Below, piece by piece: positions 39,601 to 51,600 of a stretch of 64,000 bases of DNA (position 1 is the stretch's first letter; the number at the start of each line of letters is the position of its first letter). Origin of the DNA: Callorhinchus milii. Its lineage: Eukaryota. The translations under genes and the position numbers were made by a program. The notes under the pieces are model-generated. The model was not told the DNA's origin and ran no database searches. It was given only the letters and a program-made list of their open reading frames with translations. The DNA is taken from assembly GCF_018977255.1 (NCBI RefSeq), contig NW_024704742.1, positions 129,706,001 to 129,770,000 of the forward strand, in the 5' to 3' direction.

Positions 39601-42600
39601 TTGATGTGATTTGATCACTGTTCTCCTTCCTCAAAGCAAAGTTGGCAAGGACTTGAGAATGATCTCACTCTTGTCAATTTGCATGCAATACTCAGTGCGT
39701 TAACAACACATCATCAGCAGCCACAGCCCGCTCCTTCTATCGTACAGGGGTTGGTGGAAAGAAACAGAAAGTGGTCACTATTGCACTGACCTGCAGAACC
39801 TGCCGTTCCAATTGAGAATTTCCTCTGCAAAGTTCCATGATCTGTCGCAGCAGGAGTTTGGTGCTTTCGGTCTTCCCAGCGCCACTCTCTCCACTGTCAC
39901 ATTGAAAGAAAAAACAATAAACCTGTGCATAACTCTATTCTTTGCTTAAGCAGCATTCTAGTGAAACAACTACTAGCATTTATAAGCGGATGCCGAGTAA
40001 GGAAGAAAGGGGAGGGGGCAATGACCATTGGTGTGATCCAAGAGGTAGTAGGTCTTAAGGTGAATTTTAAAGATAGATGGGAGGAGGCAGAGGGATTAAG
40101 GCAGGGTATTCCACAGATGAGGGGTGCAGTGGCTGAAGGCACGGTCATTGAATACAGGGGGACTAATAGGGTTTGGAGGAATATGCAACAGACCTGTGTT
40201 AGTTGAGTGACAGGGCAGTCAGAAGAGAGAAAACACAATTAACCACATCACTGCACGTCAATTTTGGAATCGTCTAACCATTCGTTCTCGACTCATCTGA
40301 TTTCTTTGCTGTTCTGTGACATTGCAATTCACAAATGTAATTGGTTGCTGTTGTTATTGGTGTTGTTCTGCACCATCGGTGGTCATGTCTTCAGCCACTA
40401 AGCCCCGAAATCTGGAACTCTCTCCCTTAATCACTCCACCTTGCCCCCTCCCTCCCCACTTTCAAATCCTGTCTAAAGACCTTCCTTTTTGGTTGTGCTT
40501 ATGGTCACTTTCCCCCCCTCTCTCACTCTGGCTCATTGTCAGACTCCACCACTGTTTCTCCAAGATGCTACCCCGCATGAAGGTCACGATACAATTGCGA
40601 GTTATTGTATGGATCTCAAGTTTAATGTAGGTTCTCATAAAAAGCTAGTTTCTTTCCCCTTCCTCCTGCCACAGAACCCCAATAATCACAACACGTTTCT
40701 CCAGCACAACTCAGCTTATTAAACATGTTGTCTCACCTGATGACTATGCATTGGTTCTTGGACCCACTGGCTAAACGGCCTAACATTGACTGGTACGCAC
40801 GAAATGCCACTGCAAAAATATGAGGTGGTAGACCGTTTGTCGAACATTTGTATTTCTCAGACACCTGAGAGAGTGACAAAGAGAGAGTTTATAGCAACAA
40901 GATCCTGAGTTTCACAAAAGCAATATATATTTATATAAAATATTATATATACACATACACACAATTTGCACTGATAGCGACCTCATCCTACGCAGGGTAG
41001 CATCTCAGAGTGCTTAACAGGGACGGAGCCTGATTCCGAGCTGGGGGTGGGAAGATAGTCTTATGCACAGTCGAAAAGGAAGGTTTTCAGGTGGGACTTC
41101 AAAAAGGGGAGAGAGGGGGCAGGGCAGAGGGATTGAGGGAGAGTATTCCACAGTTTCAGGGCGTAGTGAGTGAAAGTGAGACCTCCAAGGAGCAGAGGGT
41201 GCAAGAGACAAATACATGGTCGGTGCCAGTCGAGCGGAGGCACCAGGTGGTGGATTGGGGAGTGAGGAGGTCGGAGAGATAGGGAGGTGCCATGGAGTGA
41301 CTGGATTTGAATACGAGTGTGAGGATCTTGAAGTCGATCTGTGTGGTGATGGGGAGCCACTGAAGCCTGGCCAGAACTGGGCAAATGTGAGGAGGGAGTT
41401 TGATCCGGGTCAGTATGCGGGCGGCAGAGTTCTGAATGAGCTGGATTTTCTGGATAGTGGAGCTGGGGAGACCGGCGAGGAATGCGATTGAGTAATCCAA
41501 GCGGGAGGTGACAAATGCATGCACGAGGGTTTCAGCTGCATTTGGGGTAAGGTACGATCAGAGCCGGGCAATGTGGCGGAGGTGGAAGAAAGCGGTCTTG
41601 GTCACAGACCGGATATGGGGGTTGAACCGGATGCCTAGACTGCCCACTGGTTCGGTGACATAAATCACCTGCAGGGCCAATTATCATTCAGAACAGCTGA
41701 ATCAAATCTCTTGTATCATGACATCAACAGGAATGGTAGCAATCTTATTTGCCCCAAATTGGTCTCTGTAATCCTATACCTCTGTCTTAATGTATCTGAA
41801 CATTTTCACTGGGTTGACATTCTCTACCCCGTATCTTAGAACCATAGAATTATACAGCACAGAAGGAAGCCATTCAGCCCATCAACAACAACAACAAAAT
41901 TACATTTATAGAGCTTCTTTCACGTCGGGAGGACGTCCCAAAGCGCTGAACAGTCAGGTGTCAGGGCCCAAGCATGGGGGAGGAGTGGTGTAGGGGTAAG
42001 GGAAGGCAGAGAAGTGGAAGGGAGACTAAAGGCACAGTCAAAGAGAAGGGTCTTGAGACCGGTCTTGAAGGAGGTAAGAGAGGAAGCGAGGCGAAGGGAC
42101 CATGGGATGGAGTTCCAGAGTGTGGGGGTAGAGAGGCTGAAAGCCCGGCCACCGATGGTAGGGCAGGAGACATGGAGCAGGCTGGAGCCCGCTGAATGGA
42201 GGGAGCGGGCAGGTTGGTAGGGAGTCAGCAGATCAGAGAGGTAGGAGGGGGCAAAGCCATGGATGACCTTAAAGGTGTCTGTGTCAGCTCCTTGAAAAGA
42301 GCTATTCAAATCAATCCCACTCCCCACTCTTTCCCTGTAGCCCTGCAAATTTGTCCTCCCATATAATTATCTATGTCCTCCCCAAATAATTACATACTTC
42401 TGTAAGATCTCCTCAGAGACATCTTGCCTGGTGGCAAAAGAGCAATCTACCTAAACAATGCCTAATCTCCCAAACACAAAATGAGCCTTGTTGCTCTCCT
42501 CTGCACTGTCTCGAGGGATGAGGCTCTTGTATTACAGTGATTAACACTGCATGCAGTACTCTAGTATTACAGCAAATAACACTGTATACAGTACTCCAGG

Positions 42601-45600
42601 TGCACTCAACCAGAGCTCCACAGTTTAAGCAATGCTCAGCAATAACCTCATCATGTTCATCATTGCCTCACACTGTTGACCACTTCCCATTCTCAAAAAG
42701 GCTTGGTTTACAATACACTAGTGACAGTTACTATAAGGCACTCCACTTCCTTCCCTGATCTACTATCTCTTCCTCCTTTTCAACAACTTCTGAGCTATGC
42801 ACTTTATACCCTTGTTAACATAACATGTAGGAGCACGAATAGGCCATTCGGCCCTTCGGGCCTGCCCCGCCATTCAATCATGGCTGATCTTCTAATCCAA
42901 CTTCAGCTAATAACCTAACCCTGCCTTATCCCCATATCCCTTAATCCCTTTTGCAATAAGAAATATATCTATCTCAAGTCTTGAATATGTTCAAGGACTG
43001 AGCGTTAACAGCCCTTTGGGGTAGCGAGTTCCATACATTCACTACCCTTTGAGTGAAAAAGTTCTTCCTCAACTCAGTGCGAAAGGGCAAAGCACTTTGA
43101 GATGTCCTCCCAACGTGAAAGGTGCTGTATCAGTGAAAGGTTTTTTATTATTATAATAATAATTCTAATTCTAATTATTATAATTAGTACCTTAACCACA
43201 GAAGCTGTGTAGGAAGCAAAAAACAAACACCTACCGTCTTCTCGTATAATGGCAAATACTTGAAAGGGTTGATAGCTATGAGAATATCTCCAACATAAGT
43301 CTGCAAGTAAAAAAAAACAAAGAAAAATCTGTTAATGTTTTAATCTAGGCACCGTGCACACAATTTAAAGACAAATAAACAAAGTAGCCAGGGAGGCAGC
43401 AGGGGCCCAACAATTGGACTCAGGTTAGAGAGATAAATCAGGTGGTGTTCCCATTCCAGGTGATATAGGTGCCACATGAAAACAGGATCAGGCTGACATT
43501 AATTATATGAAGGGATAGGAGGTAGCAATTCAACCCACTGAGCCTGTTCCACAATTTTATCAGCTCATGACACATCACTTCAGCTAAATTCCCTGTCCTT
43601 TACCCCCTCACCCTTTACTTCCCACAGAATTGTGTCAGCTCAGTTCACTCTCCTCAGAGTCCAAAAGTTGAAGATCAACTTGGGGTCTTGGAATTACATT
43701 GTCGGAGATGCCATCCTTCGGATGAGACATTATTCCAAGGTCCCATCTGCCTGTTCAGGTGGATGTTAAAGATCCCTCAGGCACTATTCGAAAAGGGAAG
43801 GTATCCTGGCCAATGATCCCCAAAATAAAATTTGTCCATGGCTGTTTGTGAGACAGTGCTGCGCGAAACTGGGGCTGCGTTTCACAAATGCACAGTCAAT
43901 CCACTTTACAGTATATCCTGTGAAGAGCTTTGAAACGTCTCAATGACATGATAAGGAGCTATATCAAATGCAAGGATTATTATTACCATCAGCATCATAA
44001 TATAATCCTTGCATTAGATTTAGCGCCTTAACACGTCATTGAGACGTCTCAAAGAGCTTCACAGGATATACTGTAAAGTGGATCGACTGAGTTTGTGGGA
44101 GAAACATGGCAACCGATTTGATAGTAATTAGGAAACGTATGTGCAAGGCTCACAAAATCAGGGTCTGCTGGTTTCCTACTTGCATGTAGATACACATTTA
44201 GATGCATGTAGATACACAGAGTATATATATATATATATATATAAACATCTGGCATGGACAAGTTGAGCTAAATGGCCTGTTTCTGCACTGTACAGTCTCT
44301 GTAAATTTGCAACAATAACTGGGGTAGGCAAATGTCAAAGAGATAAGGAGGTGCTAGGGAACAGCTCAGCAACAAGGGGACTGACTCCACTTATTTTCCT
44401 TCAAGGAGGATAGTCAACACTATCACAACTGCTGACTGGAGCCAAGTTAATGTGCATGCCAAAGGCCACTACCACTTTATTTCTGGTCAGAACGATGGCT
44501 AGATCATTGCTCTGCTAGCCAGCAAATAAATTAATTTGCCAATGATGCAAACAGGAACTTTGTTCTGTTATAACTATCATATAGGATTCAGTATCTGATT
44601 TTCAATGTAGTTCAATTAGACAATTACATCACTGCAAGACTACTGCTCAACCGGTAACATTCGCAACAAACAGGAGGCGGAGGGTGGTGGAATGTTTTAA
44701 AGGAAACACACACGGGCCCAACAATAAACAAACACACCCAAACGTTTACCTGACTCCATATTCTGTCCCACCCTCAACAAATTAAAGTGGGAGATTCCTT
44801 CAGATTTTGGGTCACTGCATGCTAATAATCCTTTACTGAACGTAATATATTTTGGTGACTCACGATCACACAGACAAGTAGTTGATCCAGACATTTATTT
44901 TTTGATTTTGTTTTAATCCTCTCGGCTTCGTCCACTGATGTTAAATATTTTAAGCCAGGGCTTAAGGTTCTTTTAAAAATAGATAAAAACTGTCTATGTA
45001 CTGAGAAACCACCCGGACATGCATTTTTGAACCACTTTGTAAACTGCTAAAGCGAGAACAGACAAACAGCCAGCAGACAAATTCATTTGCCATTGGTGTA
45101 ACTGGGGACTTTGTGAGCATCTAAATGAATGGCAAATCTGCAATTAGAGAAGCCAGAACAAAACCCAAGTGGATATAGTTTACACTGAACGTTCTTAAAA
45201 GCCTTAACCAATTCCCCCCCACCCAAAAAAAAATCAGTCCCATTTTGAACTACAAAGACTGGATTCCCTCCTTGACTTTCCAATGTATTTTGGTCAGGAA
45301 ATTTGCAAAACCTATAGGTATAGGAACAAAGAGGATACTTTATGTGCACAGCACATTGCACACACAGAACACTAAATAAATTGACAGTCTTCATAGTTGC
45401 CCAGTACAATCAGAACCCTGCCTGTATGTCATCTTTATATCCCTCTATGGTTTCACTACACCCTACCCCTGTGACCTTCTCAAACCGTACTAAGCCAGCT
45501 GCTCTGTTCGCTCAGTGTGTACCTGCCTGAATCATGTGCCCCACCCTATCAATCCCACCATCAGCTTCCAGCCTTTCAGCCCCCACTTTCTGGAATTTCA

Positions 45601-48600
45601 TCTCAGCGACCCTCTGTCTTGCTCCCTTCTTCACATCAATCAAGCTCTTTAACCACGCTTTTGGTCGTCTTTCCCCACCCCACCCGCAGCTCAGGTGCCA
45701 AGCTAGTACTGTTAAACATCTTGGGGACATCCTCCTGCAGTGAAAGGCAATATAAATGTAAATTTGTATTCTATTGCATCATTCACTTCTTGGCTGTTTG
45801 TGGGATATTGCATTGTGCAAACAGGCTGCCGCGTTCAACTACAAAAATACAATGACTATACTTTACAATAAATCCTGTGAAACACTTTGAGATGTTACGA
45901 TGAATTATAAGTTGCTATGTCAAATGCATATTGCTGTTACAACGAAGTAGTTCATAAAATATTATTCAAAGCACTAATCTTACAAGGACCAAATCAAGTT
46001 TCATTTTGATACATCTCTTGCGAACAAATTGCTGAATTCCTTGACTAGATTTTATGACTCACCTTCATACACACGCAGGTAATTTAACTACACATCCATT
46101 TTTAGAAAGATCATGCACTATTCTAATCAAGGATGGCAAAAGGAAGTGAACAATTTCTTCGGACAAATGTTCAGAGTAGCTGTCAACATAACAACAATAA
46201 TCCTTCCGTTTGGTCTAGCAACATACGTTAAAAAGTCTCAAAGCCCTTCTGTTTTTTTCTGTTTACTGACTTCATATTTGAATGTGATTCCATCAACCTT
46301 CATCAGGTCAACCCTGCTGCTCCACGGGCAAGAAGGTGATTTGAAGGCAACGGAATTAAGTGACATGGTTCACGACAGGCACTCTGACAGAAGATGGTAC
46401 TTAGCTGGATTGAGCTGGTAGATAAAGATTTGTTTTGATGATCAAAAAAAAATAATTTGGTCACTCAATAATAACCAAATAATAATTTGGTCACTCAATA
46501 ATAACCAAATAATAATTTGGTCACTTGACTGTCTGTGGGACGCTGCTGTGCACAATTGGCTGCTGTGTTTCGCCCACAAAATACGCAGTCAATTCACTTC
46601 ATTATATATTCTGTGGAGCGCTTTGAATAATATCTTCAAGATGTATTCAACTTTGGACGCTCCGGGATGCTACCCCGTGTGAAGGTCGCTATATAAATGC
46701 AAGTTATTTTTGTTGGAAGACATTAGGGATAAACTCTATATTCAGGACTATACAATAGCACTAGAGCATTACACAGGATGTACACTTCTCGTACTGAGAA
46801 AACACCAGTGCTCCAGTGACGAGGTCCACACATGGTTAGCTGAAGGTATCTTGGATGATATTGATTACCTGAAGTACCACTTTACAGTCCTTTACCATAC
46901 TGATAGCTTCAATCACACAGTGTAGGTTCACACTCTCTTTACACACAGGGGAGTTCAGCTGGAAGTGAAATTTTCTGGCAGAGTTCATTCCATAAATTAT
47001 TTAAAAAAAGAAACTCATTAGGATGTTCGGAAAAATAAATTAAAGAGTATGAGGAGGGAACAGCAGAACAGGGATTAGACTTGCGTGGAGAAAAACACCA
47101 GTGCAGAGCTGACGGGCTGAGGCATAGAATTCTCAGCTTGGTTTGGATACTCTTAAGCATGTTGATGGGTGATTAAGTCAGGCACCAGGATGTGTCAGAC
47201 ACCAGACCTCTTTATGAATAGTGCCAGACAGGATCTTGTTTTTTGCATCTCATACAAAGAATGGTTTTAGACCACATGATATCTACCTCTGTATTTATTA
47301 TTTATTTAAGCATCTTGCAATCCCTCTGTCGGGCCCCCTCCCTTGCCACCTTCAAGACCCATCTCAAGACCCTCCTCTTCGACTGTGCTTTCGATCTCTC
47401 TGCTTTCCCTCCTGCCCGCCACCTCGACCGCCAGCTCGGGTCCGTAACTTTGTCTGTCCAGTACCTTGGACATCCTCCCAACGTGAAAGGCGCTATACAA
47501 GTGTAATTTTGTTGTTGTTGTTAAGTAAAGTTGGATAGATATTTGTTAGGTCAGGGTAATAAGGGATAATTGGCAAGGGCAGGTAATTGGACCTGAGGTA
47601 CAGATCAGGTCTTATAGAACCGCAGAACAGGTTTGAGGGGCTGAATGGCTTACTCCTGTTTCTATGTAAAGTATTTAGTAACTAGCTTTCATTTAATCAG
47701 CATTTTCTCATTCATCTGGCATTTTATTTATCCTTGAAAGGCTTGATCTGCACTTCTTAGGCATCTTTATCCCTTAAGATTAAGAAATGTGCTATTGAAC
47801 TCATTAGAATCCCTTGTTCATATATTTGCACACATATCCTTTTGGGAGGACTCCTGTTGGGAGGCCTCAGTGGGAGGACTCCTGTTGGGAGGCCTCAGTG
47901 GGAGGACTCCTGACACACAGACAGACATTTTGTCCTTATTAGATGTACTTCTCTAGAAGGTTTGTCGCTACTTTGTTGCAGAATACCATGCATACTTTTT
48001 GGGGGCTTAATTAAAGCATTTTTAAAAAAAAATTTAAACATAGCTCATCAACGATAGTAGATCCCCAAAAAATGCCCATGCAAGACCTTTCTGATGAGAT
48101 ATCAATCATGTCTCTACGTCAATCAGTTATTGAGTTCTTAGCAGACACACACACTTATTCTGTCTTTATTAGTATAGTTAATAATAATCCTTACATTTCA
48201 TTTAGTCTTTCATGTTGGGAGGACATTCCAAAACAATTCTAGAATATATGGTAAAGTGGTGAGGTGACTGCGTGTTTGTGGGCGAACAATAACTTGCATT
48301 TATACGGCACCTTTATTCTGTATATACCAATAAAGTCACATTAATCTTTACCCTGATGTGAACCCAGGTTTTAAATATCAGTTTATGGAGCAGGTTCAGA
48401 TTACATTATTTAAGCTTCCAGCACACAGATTTAGGTCCCTGCATTAACAAGCACTTCTCGTTAAGACCTTGTGCCCTCCATCATTGAGCAAAATTAAGCC
48501 GATAGATATATTGCTTGTGGCCAGATCATGCATTTAACCAACAAGGAGCTGACCATCTGTTACTGCCTCCCATAATGATCTTCTGGCAAAAAACACACAA

Positions 48601-51600
48601 TCTAAACCAAATACAGAAAAGGTTAGAAATGACAAAGATGGCTGTTCTCCTCCACTTGCTAGGTCTCACAAATCTTTCATACCATCTGCCAACAGTTTCA
48701 AATAATATTAATAATCCTTGCATTTGATATAGGCCCTACAACATCAAGGCCATATCAAAGCACTTCACAACATTTCTGCAATTGTGTAGGTAGCGACTAG
48801 ATTTGTTGGTAAACTTGTCAGATAATTTGCAGCCAGTAGCATCCCACAAACAGCTATTAAACAAATGACCAACTTTATCACTTTAACTCACTTGCACACT
48901 GGCTGACACTATTTCAGCAACTGCTCCAAGAGACCACAAGAAACATGATAAGTTTGTGATCTCATTGCTTACTGAGACTGATCCGTAAAAAGCTAACTCA
49001 GAGGGCAAAAGTGTACTAATTTGAATAAAAGATTCCGCAAAGTTAGATTTCAAATAAAAAGAACCAAACCATTTAAATATTTAAGCTTCAAGGTTAAAGG
49101 GATTAACAGTTGATTATATTAGGCCTTAGATTAATACTTTTCTACTCAGTAGAATTTTGTCTTCCTGTTCCTCCTTAATGTAGAGCGCTAGATAAGACTT
49201 TTAGGTTATAAACGGATACCCTACCATCCTCAAAAACAAACAAATCCTGCCCCCCAACACTACAAATTTGGGGGCTCAACTTCTGATATTACAGCCTGCA
49301 GCCTGTTCCATTCCCTGGCTGCCTTCCTTTTTCAATTAAGTTATTTTGTTCTCCTATATGTACATATCCACATATGTATTTGTCCACGTGTTATTTTTGC
49401 TATGTTGACATTTTTACATCAGGCACAAAGATTTTAATACAAAGCACAAAGTGACCATGAACTTCTAGGCTCGGAGCCCCTCACTTGCCCACCACCCCAT
49501 TTTGGGTGCCAGTTTTAATGATTTTATAATGGAATTGGTAAATTATTTTTGTTAAAAAAACATTCTTCTCAGAAACCACAATTTAATAATGATCAAGACT
49601 GACAAGTTTTCAACAACTTGTCCTGTACAAATTTTCAACAACAGGAGTCCTGTAGCTCATTGGTTAGAGCACTCGTCTCACGAGTGAGAGACCTGGGTTC
49701 GATTCCCGGCAGGGCGAAACCTTGGGCAAGTTTCCTTACTCCAATATCTGATAATAATCCCTCAAGAAAAAAAAATTATTTGATCATTTCAATCCACGAT
49801 TGCTTGTGGGGCACTGCTGTGCACAATTGGCTGCCACATTTCGCCCACAAATATACAGTCAATTCACTTCACAGTATATTCTGTGAAGTGCTTTGAGATG
49901 TCTCGAAAACGTGAAAAGCGCTATATCAAATGCAAGGATTATTATTTATTTATTATTTTTAACTTGAAAGGACCAATGGCCTAAATATTACCTGCTTATC
50001 TTAGCACTTATTCTTTGCTGTAAAATATCCATAACTTCAGAGACACAATCTTGAATAAGTGGCAAATCTTATCAGTCAGTAATATGGATCATGGTGTTCT
50101 TGAGAAAATCCTTCAACTCTGTGAATTCGCTGCTGTCCACACTAATGCTAGATTTGTGTTAGTGTTTTTTTTATTTTCCAAATACAACACAGAAGCATCA
50201 AAATCAACAAAGCTAAAGGCCCATATTACAAAAGGAGATAATTTTGAACGAGCTCAGAACTATGCTCGGAGAGCACGGTTTGCACTTTTAGCAACAACAA
50301 CTTGGATTTATATAGCGCCCTCGACGCCGGACGGCGTCTCAGAGCACTTTAGCACCCTTTTATAAGAAGGGTATTAAGCAATGGAAACAACGCAGTACAG
50401 TTTCACTGGAATCTTACGCAATTTTCGAGTTTCCTGTTTAGAGAAGAGACTTTAGAAGTTCCGGCTGTTTCTTCCTGCAGAAGTGAGAGACTTAGATGTG
50501 TCCTGACTGAGATTTTGTTTTGGTCTGACACATCTGGAAACCCATCACCGTGCTTAAGAGAATCCAAACAAAGCTGAGAATTCCAGGAATCCCACCTACA
50601 GGTGAAAATCCCAGAGAGAGATTGTTGGAATGGAATGTGAACTCTCTCTCTGGAAGGACACAACCCGCTTACCTAATTCCAGAAAGTATTAGGCGCAGTT
50701 TGGCAAGAGGAAAAGGCTTGGGGACCCCAGAGTGTGCATTGCGGTCTCATCAGCTAAAACCACATAGCTTGCCATTGCTGTTGCTTGTCCAGCTAGGATC
50801 ACACTACCGTAAGGGCTTTGGCTTACAGAGTTAACAGGAGCTGAGTGGGATGAACAGAGATCTTCAAGATTGTGAAGGTTTATCATATGGTAAAGGTCAG
50901 AGAGCTAATGCACAGAATTTGCATGCCTAGGTGAGATGTGTGAAACTGGTTTGGATACTCTTAAGCATGGTGATGAGTGTCTGACATATGTCAGACTCCC
51001 AGCTGACTCAAAAAAACAAGAGGGAACAGATTTAAGATACTGATAAAGGGAAATAAATAATCCTTGCATTTCATATAGGGCCTTATCAGAGATTGTATTT
51101 TTGTAGGCGAACGTGGCATAAACAAACCAGTTTTTTGTGCGTGTAATATCTGCTGCCATGATAACAGTACCAGCGGTTAAGATTAACACTGCTGTGTGAA
51201 ATTGGCTGCCCTGTTTCACCCATAAAATACAGAATCAATCCACTTTACAATATCTTCGGTGAAGCGCTTTGAGACCCATCAACGATGTGAGAAGGCGCTA
51301 TATCAAATGCAAGGGTTATTATTATTATAAACACCGGCACGGACTGATTGGGTCAAGTGGTCTGTTTTCTGTGCTGTATATTCTTTGTAAATACTTTCTG
51401 GTATCTGTCATAAAATTGCTATTTGCAATCCTAAACCTGTTTCCTCAACTGCCGTCTCTCTCGATGGATCTAAACAGTTTTGTTCGGAAAGTACTTCAAC
51501 AATACCATTTAAAATCTTATACATCTCTACAAGGTTCCTGCGAAGCCATGTCCTCTTACAAGACTGAAGAGCACAGACATGTCTAATCACTGCTCACAGC

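Noticed and set aside
46451..47912. 28-30 bp direct repeats as CRISPR arrays
   Set aside because: Units are head-to-tail with no unique spacers, there are no cas genes, and the context is a vertebrate intron.
49645..49720. tRNA gene (also heads near 8735, 21752, 54884, 55770)
   Set aside because: A and B boxes are present, but the acceptor stem is not closed and each head continues into a SINE body.
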